DNA of 64,000 nt from an uncultured Gemmatimonadales bacterium. GTDB taxonomy: Bacteria > Gemmatimonadota > Gemmatimonadetes > Longimicrobiales > Gaopeijiaceae. The notes under the pieces are model-generated. The model was not told the DNA's origin and made no database searches. It saw only the letters and a list, made by a program, of their open reading frames with translations. Location: positions 1,696,001 to 1,760,000 of the forward strand of contig CAWELD010000003.1 in assembly GCA_963809895.1 (NCBI GenBank), in the 5' to 3' direction. Below are positions 23,134 to 34,878 of this stretch, piece by piece. Positions within the stretch are counted from its first letter, which is position 1. Each line of letters starts with the position of its first letter. Made by a program: the position numbers and the translations under genes.

Positions 23134-23227
23134 GCGTGCGACGGGGCATTTTCACAGGCCGGCACGACGGGAGGAGAACCCCGCGCGCTCCCTGGTGTTT
23201 CGGAGCGGCCCGGTCCCGGCCGCGCGC

Positions 23228-23257
23228 TTGACGCCCGGAAAAGCGCCGGTCTAGTTT
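23228..23257 (+). promoter_or_regulatory. Sigma70-type promoter for the moxR operon
   Basis: TTGACG-18 nt-TAGTTT. Confidence 0.55.
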
Positions 23258-23378
23258 CGGGCCCCACCGCGAACCCCCGGTCCGGGCCCGGTGTAGGCCG
23301 GTAACAACTCCCCCACATCTCCTTCGCTGGGCCGCGGCCGGCCCCTCGGACGCGAGGGCCACGGAAGACGAGCAGCGG

Positions 23379-24398
<1,020 letters not shown>

Positions 24399-24444
24399 CT
24401 CGTCCGGAAGGCGACCAACCTCCGAGTCGTAAGGAGAGCCAGCC

Positions 24445-25704
24445 GTGATCGCCACCTGGTCGGGGGCCGTCATCCTCCTGGTTCTCCTTTCGAGCCTTCT
24501 CTCCGGCGCCGAGACCTCGGTCTTCTCCGTGGGCGCCGGCCGTCTTCGTACCCTGGTGGAAGAGGGCTTCGACGGCGCCGCGGAGCTCGCTCGGGTGCGG
24601 AGCCGCTCCCCCTCGTTGCAGGCTGCGGTCCACCTGCTCATCACCATCCTGAACCTGGTGGCGGTCGGACTGGCGGTGGCGCTCGGGGCGCGGCTGAGGG
24701 GCGTGTCGGGATCGTTGGCCGCGCTGGGCATCACCGTGGCCCTCCTCCTGCTGGTGGCCGAGATCCTGCCGCGGGCGCTGGCCACCCGGCGCCCCATCCG
24801 CATGGCGCTGGCCTCGGCGCCCACCCTCCTCGTGGTGGAGCGCCTGGTGGGCGGGGTGCTGTCCCCCTTCATCCGGCTGGAGGCGCTGCTGGCGACCGTG
24901 GGCCTGGACGAGGAGGACACCGAAGAACGGGAGGTGCGGGACCTGGCCGAGCTGGGTCGCGAAGAGGGTGTCGTGGACCACGACGAGCACGCGCTGGTGG
25001 AACGGGCCTTCCGCCTGGACGAGCTCACCGCCTTCGACGTCATGACGCCCCGGGTGGACATCTTCGCGTGGAAGGACGCGCTGACGCTGGCGGACATCGT
25101 TCCGGAGCTCGAGACCATCCCCCACTCCCGGGTCCCGGTCTACGGGGAGTCCATCGACGACGTCACGGGCATCCTCTACGTGCGCGAGGCGTACGAGCGT
25201 TGGGTCGCCGGGCACGAGGGCGCCACCCTGGGAAGCCTGGCCCGGGATCCCTTCTTCGTGCCGGGCTCCATGTCGCTGGCGCAGCTCCTGAGGGATTTCC
25301 AGGGACGACGCATCCACATGGGAATCGTCGCAGACGAGTTCGGGGGCACCGACGGTCTGGTGACGCTGGAGGACGTGCTCGAGGAACTCGTGGGCGAGAT
25401 CGTCGACGAGACCGACGTCGACGAGGAGCCGCTGCTCCGGACCGGGCGCAACGAGCTGGTCGCCGATGGCAGCGTGGACCTCCGGGACCTGAACTACGCC
25501 TTCGACGTCGCGCTGCCCACGGCGGAGCATCGCAGCCTCAACGGTTTCATTCTCGAGGAGTTGGGCTACGTGCCCGAGCCCGGAGAGACGCTGGACCGGG
25601 ACGGCGTGTCCATCGAAATCCTCGAGTCCAGCGACACCCAGGTGGTGCGGGCTCGCCTCACCCGGACATCCCCCGACGACGACGACGACCAGGACGAGGA
25701 CTGA
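24445..25704 (+). CDS. CNNM/CorB (hemolysin-like, CBS pair) metal transport protein
   Basis: SGAETS TM domain, EILPR, VMTPR, HSRVPVY, DEFGGTDGLVTLEDVLEELVGEI and a CorC_HlyC tail. Confidence 0.93.
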   Translation: MIATWSGAVILLVLLSSLLSGAETSVFSVGAGRLRTLVEEGFDGAAELARVRSRSPSLQAAVHLLITILNLVAVGLAVALGARLRGVSGSLAALGITVALLLLVAEILPRALATRRPIRMALASAPTLLVVERLVGGVLSPFIRLEALLATVGLDEEDTEEREVRDLAELGREEGVVDHDEHALVERAFRLDELTAFDVMTPRVDIFAWKDALTLADIVPELETIPHSRVPVYGESIDDVTGILYVREAYERWVAGHEGATLGSLARDPFFVPGSMSLAQLLRDFQGRRIHMGIVADEFGGTDGLVTLEDVLEELVGEIVDETDVDEEPLLRTGRNELVADGSVDLRDLNYAFDVALPTAEHRSLNGFILEELGYVPEPGETLDRDGVSIEILESSDTQVVRARLTRTSPDDDDDQDED

Positions 25705-26333
25705 TGGCCCTTCTCCTCCCCTTCGACGGGGTCCAGCCGACGGTGCATCCCTCGGCGTTCCTGGCTCCCACGGCGGTGCTCATCGGGGATGTCACGGTGG
25801 GGCCCGAGGCCAGCGTGTGGTTCGGTGCGGTGTTGCGGGGCGACGACCCGGACAACGGGATCGTGGTCGGCCCGCGCTCCAGCGTCCAGGACAACTGCGT
25901 GGTGCACGTGGGCGGGTGGGGGCCGACGGTGATCGGCTCCGACGTCACCGTCGGCCATGGCGCGGTCTTCGAGAGCTGCACCATCGGGGATCGCTCGGTT
26001 GTGGGCATGAACGCGGTGATCCTGCAGAACGCCACCGTGGGCGAGGCGTGCGTCATCGCCGCAGGCAGCGTGGTCAAGGAAGGGGCGATCATCCCGCCCC
26101 GTAGCCTGGTCGCCGGCGTCCCCGCCTCGGTCAAGAAGTCCCTGGAAGGCTCCGCCGCCGAATGGGTCGCCCGCGGCGGCGAGCACTACGTGGAGTTGTC
26201 CCGCAGCTATCTGGCCCAGGGACTGGGCGGACCGGAGCGGGTGTGCGAATTGTGCGGCGGACCCGTCCTCGACCGGCACTGCAAGCTCGTGTGCCTCAAC
26301 TGCGGCTACCAGCGCGACTGCAGCGATCCCTGA
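25704..26333 (+). CDS. Gamma-carbonic anhydrase family (YrdA/PaaY-like) protein with C-terminal zinc ribbon
   Basis: Hexapeptide repeats, VLRGD, VQDNCVVH, VGHGAV; tail CELC...HCKLVCLNCGYQRDCSDP; TGATG overlap with the upstream stop. Confidence 0.88.
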   Translation: MALLLPFDGVQPTVHPSAFLAPTAVLIGDVTVGPEASVWFGAVLRGDDPDNGIVVGPRSSVQDNCVVHVGGWGPTVIGSDVTVGHGAVFESCTIGDRSVVGMNAVILQNATVGEACVIAAGSVVKEGAIIPPRSLVAGVPASVKKSLEGSAAEWVARGGEHYVELSRSYLAQGLGGPERVCELCGGPVLDRHCKLVCLNCGYQRDCSDP

Positions 26334-26350
26334 GCCCGGGGCCCGCCCGC

Positions 26351-27412
26351 CTACAGCCCCATCAGGCCCAGGTACCACGCCAACAGCGCGTCTCCGAAGA
26401 GAAAGGCGCCCACCGCGGCGAAGGCCAGGAAGATCCCCAGGGGGATGAGCTGGCGGAAAATGGCGGTGAGCGGGATGGCCGCCACCAGGGCCAGCACCGA
26501 GCCACCCAGGACGGTGAGCAGGACGCCCGGCAGCCCCAGGAACGCGCCCACCAGCGCCATCATGCGGATGTCGCCGCCACCCAGGGCGCTCACCGGCTCT
26601 TCTTCGTCGTCCGCCTGTTCGGCGTCGGCGCCTGCGAAGACGGGATCCTCGAAGGCTTCGCCCCACGCCAGCAGCACCGCGAGGGCCGCCAGGCCACCGG
26701 GGGCAGCCACCAGCCACGCACCGGTGCCCCATGCCAGGCCGGCACCCACCGACGCCGCGGCCACGAGAACCAGCAACGTGAAGCGCACACCTGTGCTTCG
26801 CAGCGTGGCGACGCGGGCCCGCACCTGTTCGTCGGCCCGCTGCTCGTCGTGCTCCTGGAAGGCCGTTTCCAGGCGCGACGGGTTGAGCTTCTTCACGAGC
26901 CAGGTCCCGCCCACACCCACCAGCCAGAAGGCCGCGAATCCCCCGGCGGCGCCCAGCAGCGACCTGCGCCAGCCGATGCCGCCGGGTAGCAATGCCAGGC
27001 CCACGCCCAGGACCGCGCCCCCGAGGGAGAACTGATCCGGAATGATGTAGAAGCGCGCGTCGCTCAGGGCGATGCCCAGGACGAGGGTGGCGAACAGCGC
27101 CAACCTCAGGGCATCCCAGGTGGGGCCGTGCAGCCAGACCGCGCCCGCCCACACCAGCCCCGTGGCGAGCTCCACCAGCGGGTACTGGATGGAGACGCCC
27201 TCACCGCAGTGCCGGCACTTGCCCCGCAGGACGAGCCAGCTCAGCACCGGAACGTTGTCGAACCCGGCGATGGGCGTGCCGCAACGGGGACAGCGGGAGC
27301 GGGGCCGCACCACCGACTCCCCCACCGGCCACCGGAGGGTACACACGTTCAGGAACGATCCCAGGGCGAGCCCCAGGACTCCCGCCAACCAGGGCATCCA
27401 GCTCTCAGGCAC
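26351..27412 (-). CDS. pilD: Type IV prepilin peptidase/methylase
   Basis: GSFLNV, SRCPRC...NVPVLSWLVLRGKCRHC, YPLVE, catalytic SD and GGGD; contains a large insertion. Start uncertain (27397, 27412 or 27436). Confidence 0.9.
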   Translation of the reverse strand: MPESWMPWLAGVLGLALGSFLNVCTLRWPVGESVVRPRSRCPRCGTPIAGFDNVPVLSWLVLRGKCRHCGEGVSIQYPLVELATGLVWAGAVWLHGPTWDALRLALFATLVLGIALSDARFYIIPDQFSLGGAVLGVGLALLPGGIGWRRSLLGAAGGFAAFWLVGVGGTWLVKKLNPSRLETAFQEHDEQRADEQVRARVATLRSTGVRFTLLVLVAAASVGAGLAWGTGAWLVAAPGGLAALAVLLAWGEAFEDPVFAGADAEQADDEEEPVSALGGGDIRMMALVGAFLGLPGVLLTVLGGSVLALVAAIPLTAIFRQLIPLGIFLAFAAVGAFLFGDALLAWYLGLMGL

Positions 27413-28184
27413 CGTCGACTCCTCGCGTGAGGGCATATATGAGGATGGCGCCGGCCACCCCCGCGTTCAGCGACTCCGTACCGCCGGGCATGGGCACCGA
27501 CACGGCCCGGACCGCGCTGTCCCGCAGGCTCTGCCGGGCGCCGGCACCTTCGCTCCCCACGGCCAGCGCCCAGGGCGGGGGCGGCGCACGCTCCGGTACC
27601 GGCTCAGCCATGGCGTCCGCCACCCAGAGGGGGACCGCGGCAGCGCGCAGCGACGCCCGCACCTCGTCCCAGGCCGTCGACAGCACCGGCACCCGGAACA
27701 CCGCTCCCGCCGAGGCCCGCACCGCCTTGGGATTCCAGGGGTCCACGGTCCGGTCCAGGGCCAGCACCCCGTCGAGTCCGAACGCCGCCGCGGTGCGGAT
27801 CAGGGTTCCGGCGTTGCCGGGATCCTGGATGCCGTCCAGGACGAGAAGACGCGGGCGCCCGGCCACCAGCGCCCCCAGGTCGCGGGACGGCTCCTCGCAG
27901 ACCAACAGCACGCCCTGGGGCGACTCGGTATCGGCGAGCCGGGCGAGCTCGCCGTCGTCCAGGGACTCCAACTCGATCCCCGATGCCTCCAGACGTGCCT
28001 GGAGGGCGCCTCCGTCCAGCTCTGCGAGACGCGGCGACACCACGGCGAACCGCACCCGGGCGCCGGACTCGAGCACCTCGTGGGCCACCCGAACCCCCTC
28101 GGCCAGGACGAGCCCCTCCCGCTGGCGCGTACGCCTGCGGTGGAGGCGGCCCACCAAGCGGGTACGAGTCAGGCTCAGGCCCAC
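27405..28184 (-). CDS. TrmH/SpoU-family RNA 2'-O-methyltransferase
   Basis: [22 protein letters not shown] and ESLNAGVA motifs. Confidence 0.93.
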   Translation of the reverse strand: MGLSLTRTRLVGRLHRRRTRQREGLVLAEGVRVAHEVLESGARVRFAVVSPRLAELDGGALQARLEASGIELESLDDGELARLADTESPQGVLLVCEEPSRDLGALVAGRPRLLVLDGIQDPGNAGTLIRTAAAFGLDGVLALDRTVDPWNPKAVRASAGAVFRVPVLSTAWDEVRASLRAAAVPLWVADAMAEPVPERAPPPPWALAVGSEGAGARQSLRDSAVRAVSVPMPGGTESLNAGVAGAILIYALTRGVDGA

Positions 28185-28273
28185 CGGACCCTCTCCCGGT
28201 CCAGCCGGGTAGCCGTGCGGGCACCCGACCCTTCCCTGCCCCGACCCGCGCTCGCGGACCGTTCCGGAGTGTC

Positions 28274-29086
<813 letters not shown>

Positions 29087-29099
29087 GCCACGCGCGCGG

Positions 29100-29936
29100 T
29101 CATTCCGCGAGGCCCCCCAGGAGCGCCCGGATGATGGCCTCCAGCCTGTGCCCCGCCCGGGCGCCGACCTCCATGACCTCCGTGTGGTCCAGCGCCTGTC
29201 CGCTGCGGCCGGCCGCCAGGTTGGTGACCAGCGAGAAACCCAGGCAGCGCATGCCCAACGCCCGCGCCACCAGAACCTCGGGAACGGTGGACATGCCCAC
29301 CACGTCGGCGCCGAGCCGGCCCAGGGCCCGGATCTCGGCCGGGGTCTCGAACGACGGACCCGGCACCGCCGCGTAGACGCCTTCATGGAGCTCCAGGCCC
29401 AGGCCGGCCGCGGCGCGCGAGGCTTTCGCCCGCAACTCCGGGTCGTACGCCGTGGTCATGTCGGTGAAGCGGGTCTCCCCCTCCTGCACCGGCCCCCGGA
29501 GGGGATTGCGGAACTGCATGTTCAGATGGTCGTGGATCAGCACCAACGACCCGGGCTCCAGGTTCTCGCGGATGCCCCCGGCGGCGTTGGTGACCACCAG
29601 GATCTCGACGCCGAGGGCGTGGGCCAGGCGCACCGGCGCCGCCACCACCGCGTCGGGATGCCCCTCGTAGAAGTGATACCGACCCTGCTGGACGAGGACC
29701 GGAGTGCCCTCGATGCGCCCCCCCAGGAAGCGACCGGCGTGGCCCGCGACACCGGCGGGCGGAAACCCCGGCAGGTCGGTGAACGGGATCGCACGGGCGT
29801 CGTCCACGGCGTCGGCCAGCGGCCCGAGCCCCGATCCCAGGATCAGGAGCACCCGGGGCTCCACCTCCAGGCGGCGGCGGAGAATCCCGGCGGCCTCGGA
29901 CACTGCCGGCCCCGCGCCGGCTCGCGGCTCGGTCAT
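29100..29936 (-). CDS. punA: Purine nucleoside phosphorylase (trimeric type)
   Basis: LGSGLG, GR.HFYEG, TNAAGG, GPSFET and VGMSTVPE motifs. Confidence 0.95.
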   Translation of the reverse strand: MTEPRAGAGPAVSEAAGILRRRLEVEPRVLLILGSGLGPLADAVDDARAIPFTDLPGFPPAGVAGHAGRFLGGRIEGTPVLVQQGRYHFYEGHPDAVVAAPVRLAHALGVEILVVTNAAGGIRENLEPGSLVLIHDHLNMQFRNPLRGPVQEGETRFTDMTTAYDPELRAKASRAAAGLGLELHEGVYAAVPGPSFETPAEIRALGRLGADVVGMSTVPEVLVARALGMRCLGFSLVTNLAAGRSGQALDHTEVMEVGARAGHRLEAIIRALLGGLAE

Positions 29937-31498
29937 ACCAGCATCCCCGCGACCGCCGCGGTCATGAAGGCCGCCAGGGATCCCGCGATCATGGCCCGCA
30001 GCCCGAGCCGCGACAGATCGCTGCGCCGCCCGGGCGCGATCCCCCCGATCCCGCCGATCTGGATGGCGATGGACGAGAAGTTGGCGAAGCCGGACAGGGC
30101 GTAGGTAGCGATGATCACCGAGCGCGGATCCAGCCCGTCGGCTCCGCCGAGGATGGAGGAGAGCCGCAGGTAGGCTACGAACTCGTTCAGCACCGTCTTC
30201 AGACCCATGAGCTGGCCCACCAGGCGGGCGTCGTGCCAAGGCACCCCCATGATCCAGGCCAGGGGCGCCAGGATCCATCCCAGGATCCCCTCGAGGGTCA
30301 CCCCCTGGAATCCGAGCAGCCCGCCGGCCCAGCCCAGCGTCGCGTTCACCAGGGCGATGAGGGCGATGAAGGCCAGGAGCATGGCCCCCACGTTGAGCGC
30401 CAGACCGAGGCCGTCGGAAGCCCCGCGGGCCGCGGCGTCGATGACATTGGCGTCGGGCTTCTCCACCCGGATGTCCAGGGTGCCGGCGGTCTCGGGCTCG
30501 GACTCCTCGGGCACCATGAGCTTGGCACACGCCAGCGCCGCTGGAGCGGACATCACCGACGCCGCCATCAGATGCCCCGCGATATCCGGAAAATAGCTCA
30601 CCAGCATGCCCACGTACGCTGCCATCACGCCCCCGGCCACCGTGGCGAAGCCGGCCGTCATGACGGCCATGAGCTCCGACTGCGTCATGGTGCCCACGAA
30701 GGGTTTGATCAGGAGCGGCGCCTCGGTCTGGCCCACGAAGATGTTCCCGGCCGCCGACAGCGTCTCCGCACCGGACGTGCGCATGGTCCGCTGCATGACC
30801 CAGGCGACGCCCTTCACCACCCACTGCATGACGCCCACGTGATACAGCACGGTCATGAGCGAGGAGAAGAAGATGATGGTGGGCAGCACGTTGAAAGCGA
30901 ACGACGCCCCGGTCTGCGCCACCATCCCCGGTGTCGCAGTCATGGGATCGTTGGTGCCGGGCAGCCCCTGCCCCACGGGCACGTTGTTGAAGACGAGGTC
31001 GCCGAAGATGAAGCGGGCGCCCTCGACGGTGAATCCCAGCAGCGCCACCACCACGTCGTTCACGGTGCGGAAGATCGCCGCACCCATGGGCGTCTTCAGG
31101 ATGAAGAACGCGAACAGGAGCTGCAGCCCCATCCCCCACAGCACCACACGCCAGGGAATCCGGCGGCGGTTCAGCGACAGCGCCCACGCGATGACGGCCA
31201 GGAGCAAGAGTCCGATCAGCGAACGGAAGCGCGCCGACAGGGGCGTGTCGAGGCTTCTGCCGATGCCCCCGAGCTGTCCCTGAGGGGTCACCTGCGCGGC
31301 AGAGGTGGCGAGCGCGGGCGCCGTGGATTCAGCGGCCGCCGGCCCGCCAGCGGCGGGTTCGGCCGTCGGGGATGCCGCCGTCGCCGAGGGCGCGGCCTCC
31401 GCAACCGGCTTCGCGGCGCCCGCGTGGACGGCTCCCGCCAGCAGAAGGACCAGGGTGACGGACCAGAGCGAAAGGAGCAGCGGAGACGGGCGTTTCAT
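29933..31498 (-). CDS. nupC: CNT-family (NupC) nucleoside transporter
   Basis: NIFVGQTEAPL, GFATVAG, NEFVAY and FANFSSIAIQIG motifs; signal-like, Ala-rich N-terminal extension. Confidence 0.93.
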   Translation of the reverse strand: MKRPSPLLLSLWSVTLVLLLAGAVHAGAAKPVAEAAPSATAASPTAEPAAGGPAAAESTAPALATSAAQVTPQGQLGGIGRSLDTPLSARFRSLIGLLLLAVIAWALSLNRRRIPWRVVLWGMGLQLLFAFFILKTPMGAAIFRTVNDVVVALLGFTVEGARFIFGDLVFNNVPVGQGLPGTNDPMTATPGMVAQTGASFAFNVLPTIIFFSSLMTVLYHVGVMQWVVKGVAWVMQRTMRTSGAETLSAAGNIFVGQTEAPLLIKPFVGTMTQSELMAVMTAGFATVAGGVMAAYVGMLVSYFPDIAGHLMAASVMSAPAALACAKLMVPEESEPETAGTLDIRVEKPDANVIDAAARGASDGLGLALNVGAMLLAFIALIALVNATLGWAGGLLGFQGVTLEGILGWILAPLAWIMGVPWHDARLVGQLMGLKTVLNEFVAYLRLSSILGGADGLDPRSVIIATYALSGFANFSSIAIQIGGIGGIAPGRRSDLSRLGLRAMIAGSLAAFMTAAVAGMLV

Positions 31499-31695
31499 GC
31501 ACACCTCGGCAGGGCGGTCGGAAGCCGGCGGAACGCCCCAATATGGGCAGGGTGAGCCACCGTGCCAGTGCGAGCCCGCCCGCCGTTGTACTCGACGCGC
31601 GGATCAGCCGTCGGCGGCGATGGCCAGCCCGGTAAGGGCGAACATCTCCCCTTCTCCGGGCGATGGGTCCACCATCAAGCGCCTCACGGGCTAAC

Positions 31696-32457
31696 TCAGC
31701 TCCAGCCGCCGTCCCACGGACGTTGGCCCGACGTCTCGGGCGCTCTCAGTCGCACCCCGGCCCGTTTCGCCGCCACCAGTCGCGGATCGCGGAAGAAGAG
31801 GATGAGGACGACGCCGGCCAGGAATCCCCCCAGATGAGCGGTGAACGCGACGCCACCTCCCACGCCTGGAGCCAGCTGACTCGACACGGCCTGCAGGAGG
31901 AACCAGTAGCCGAGGAAGACGAAGGCCGGAACGTCCACCAGGGTGATGAAGATCACCAGGATCAGGAGCGTGCGGATCCGGGCCCGGGGATAGAGTACCA
32001 GATAGGCGCCCATGATTCCGCTGATGGCGCCGGACGCGCCGACCATGGGGACCGCCGAGCCCGGAGCGGTGACGACGTGGGCGCCGGCGGCGACGAGCCC
32101 GGTGAGGACGTAGAAGACGGCGAAGCGGACGTGCCCCATGGAGTCTTCGACGTTGTTCCCGAAGATCCACAGGAACCACATGTTCCCGATCAGGTGCAAC
32201 CAGCCTCCGTGGAGGAACATGGAGGTCAGCAGCGACGGCCACGCCATCCCGATGCCCGTGCACGGTGCGGGGCCCCGAGGCGGGGCGCCCGTGATTCGGG
32301 CCGGCACGGCGCCGAGCGAGCACACGGAGCGGCCGAGGAGATCGGCGTTCATGCCCCCGCCCTGGACCAGGATCCACGCCGCCACACACAGTCCGATGAC
32401 GAGGATCGTGACCCAGGGGGTCAGCTCGGTGGGGTTGTCGTCACGAAGCGGGAACAC
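31696..32457 (-). CDS. Rhomboid intramembrane serine protease
   Basis: [25 protein letters not shown] and AHLGG motifs. Confidence 0.94.
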   Translation of the reverse strand: MFPLRDDNPTELTPWVTILVIGLCVAAWILVQGGGMNADLLGRSVCSLGAVPARITGAPPRGPAPCTGIGMAWPSLLTSMFLHGGWLHLIGNMWFLWIFGNNVEDSMGHVRFAVFYVLTGLVAAGAHVVTAPGSAVPMVGASGAISGIMGAYLVLYPRARIRTLLILVIFITLVDVPAFVFLGYWFLLQAVSSQLAPGVGGGVAFTAHLGGFLAGVVLILFFRDPRLVAAKRAGVRLRAPETSGQRPWDGGWS

Positions 32458-32623
32458 GGGGTCTCCAGGATCCGTGGAGGCGGAATGGCGGCTCTACCCC
32501 GAGGAGCCCGGGAAGATCGCGGCACGGCGGCGGGGACGCCCCCTGTCATGCGCGCGGCCCTGCCAGAGCGGCGCACATGGCCCGAAGATCGGCCAGTTTG
32601 GCCGGGATTTCGGCCTCCGACCA

Positions 32624-32640
32624 TCGGCATGGAGGTTGCA
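32624..32640 (+). promoter_or_regulatory. Sigma54 -24/-12 promoter upstream of dnaK
   Basis: TCGGCATGGAGGTTGCA: GG-N10-GC spacing with TTGCA, about 95 nt upstream of the ATG. Confidence 0.65.
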
Positions 32641-32733
32641 CCTCTCCCTCCCCGGCATGCGCGGGCGCCTGCAATGGACGTCGGCGCCCCGAATCCTACG
32701 CGAACAACGAATCCCTCCCCTGAAGGAGCGAAC

Positions 32734-34671
32734 ATGGGAAAGGTCATCGGTATCGATCTCGGAACCACCAACTCGGTGGTGGCGGTCATGGAGGGCGGCG
32801 AGCCCGTCGTGATCCCCAACTCCGAAGGGGGGCGCACGACCCCGTCGGTGGTGGCGTTCACCAAGGACGGCGAGCGCCTGGTCGGTCAGGTGGCCCGGCG
32901 CCAGGCCATCACCAACCCCAACAACACGGTCTTCTCCATCAAGCGCTTCATGGGCCGTCGCTCCGACGAGGTGAAGGAAGAGGAGAAGCTCGTTCCGTAC
33001 AAGGTCGCGTCGGACGGACAAGGCCGGGTGCAGGTCCAGATCCCCAACGCGGACAAGACGTTCAACCCGCCCGAGATCTCGGCCATGATCCTGCAGAAGA
33101 TGAAGCAGACGGCCGAGGACTACCTGGGGCAGTCGGTGTCGCAGGCGGTGATCACCGTGCCCGCCTACTTCAACGACGCGCAGCGGCAGGCCACCAAGGA
33201 CGCCGGCAAGATCGCCGGCCTCGAGGTGCTCCGCATCATCAACGAGCCCACCGCCGCGGCGCTGGCCTACGGCCTCGACAAGAAGAGCGACGAGAAGATC
33301 GCGGTCTTCGATCTCGGTGGCGGAACCTACGACATCTCCATCCTGGAGCTCGGTGACGGCGTGTTCGAGGTGAAGGCCACCAACGGCGACACGCATCTGG
33401 GCGGAGACGACTTCGACCAGAAGATCATCGATTGGCTGGTGCAGGAGTTCAAGAAGGACCAGGGGATCGACCTGTCGAAGGATCCCATGGCCCTCCAGCG
33501 TCTCAAGGAGGCGGCGGAGAAGGCCAAGATGGAGCTTTCCTCCACCATGCAGACCGATGTGAACCTGCCGTTCATCACGGCCACCCAGGAGGGTCCGAAG
33601 CACCTCAACTATACCCTGACACGGGCCAAGTTCGAGCAGCTCGCCGACGACCTCATCCAGCGCACGATTCCACCCATGGAGAAGGCCCTGGCCGACGCCG
33701 GCCTGCCGGCCTCGGAGGTGGACGAGATCATTCTGGTGGGCGGCTCCACCCGGATCCCCAAGATCCAGGAGATCGTCCGCGAGTTCTTCGGTAAGGACCC
33801 GCACAAGGGCGTGAACCCCGACGAGGTCGTGGGCGTGGGCGCCGCCATCCAGGGTGGCGTGCTCGCCGGCGACGTGAAGGACGTGCTCCTGCTGGACGTG
33901 ACGCCGCTGTCCCTGGGCATCGAGACGCTGGGCGGCGTCATGACGACGCTGATCCCCCGCAACACCACGATCCCCACCAAGAAGTCCGAGGTCTTCTCGA
34001 CGGCCGAGGACAACCAGACCACGGTGGAGATCCACGTGCTGCAGGGCGAGCGGAAGATGGCGGTGGACAACAAGACCATCGGCAAGTTCCAGCTCACGGG
34101 CATTCCGCCGGCACCGCGGGGCATGCCCCAGGTGGAAGTGACCTTCGACATCGATGCCAACGGCATCCTGCACGTGTCGGCCAAGGACAAGGCGACCGGC
34201 AAGGAGCAGAAGATCCGCATCGAGGCCTCGTCGGGGCTCAGCGACACCGAGATCGACAAGATGGTCAAGGACGCGGAAGCCCACGCCAAGGAGGACGAGG
34301 ACAAGAAGGCCAAGGTCGAGGCCCGCAACCAGCTCGATTCGCTGGTCTACCAGGTGGAGAAGGACTCCGGCGAGTGGGGCGACAAGGTGGCGGCCGACAC
34401 CAAGGAGCGCCTGGACGCCGCGCTGGCCAAGGCCAAGGAAGCGCTCAAGGGAGACGACGCGAGCACCCTGAACTCCGCTCGGGACGAGCTCATGCAAGCG
34501 TTCAGCGCCGCGGGCCAGGAGATGTATCAGGCCCAGGCCGAAGAGGCGCAGCAGGCCCAGGCGGCCGAAGAGCCCGGCGCCGAGGCCGGTGCCGAAGCGG
34601 GCGCCGAGCCCGCAGGCGACGAAGAGGAAGTGGTGGAGGCGGACTACGAGATCGTGGACGACGAGAAGTAG
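32734..34671 (+). CDS. dnaK: Chaperone DnaK
   Basis: [25 protein letters not shown] and EADYEIVD tail; AAGGAG RBS. Confidence 0.99.
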   Translation: MGKVIGIDLGTTNSVVAVMEGGEPVVIPNSEGGRTTPSVVAFTKDGERLVGQVARRQAITNPNNTVFSIKRFMGRRSDEVKEEEKLVPYKVASDGQGRVQVQIPNADKTFNPPEISAMILQKMKQTAEDYLGQSVSQAVITVPAYFNDAQRQATKDAGKIAGLEVLRIINEPTAAALAYGLDKKSDEKIAVFDLGGGTYDISILELGDGVFEVKATNGDTHLGGDDFDQKIIDWLVQEFKKDQGIDLSKDPMALQRLKEAAEKAKMELSSTMQTDVNLPFITATQEGPKHLNYTLTRAKFEQLADDLIQRTIPPMEKALADAGLPASEVDEIILVGGSTRIPKIQEIVREFFGKDPHKGVNPDEVVGVGAAIQGGVLAGDVKDVLLLDVTPLSLGIETLGGVMTTLIPRNTTIPTKKSEVFSTAEDNQTTVEIHVLQGERKMAVDNKTIGKFQLTGIPPAPRGMPQVEVTFDIDANGILHVSAKDKATGKEQKIRIEASSGLSDTEIDKMVKDAEAHAKEDEDKKAKVEARNQLDSLVYQVEKDSGEWGDKVAADTKERLDAALAKAKEALKGDDASTLNSARDELMQAFSAAGQEMYQAQAEEAQQAQAAEEPGAEAGAEAGAEPAGDEEEVVEADYEIVDDEK

Positions 34672-34705
34672 CGTCCATGGCTTCAGCGGAGCGCTGACGC
34701 AGGAT

Positions 34706-34738
34706 GGGCGGGCCCGGGCAACCCCGGGCCCGCCCTTT
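34706..34738 (+). terminator. Probable terminator after dnaK
   Basis: GGGCGGGCCCGGG...CCCGGGCCCGCCC followed by TTT. Confidence 0.65.
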
Positions 34739-34878
34739 CGCATCCCACTCCACGGACCCGGGCCCCACGGCTGCGGACCTCCGGGGCAGCGGGACGGGTA
34801 CGAAGCTCGTGAAGATCGCGAAGACAACGTACTGCCGTGATCGCACGACAGGCAGGAACTGAACCGAGGAAAGGCACC

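Noticed and set aside
23260..23330. SRP RNA-like sequence after the promoter (GAACCCCCGGTCCGGGCCCGG)
   Set aside because: Lacks the conserved CAGG..CGGAAG..AGCA domain IV motif.
31604..31687. 27-aa minus-strand ORF after the rhomboid gene ([16 protein letters not shown]...)
   Set aside because: No clear RBS or recognisable motif; cannot be supported.
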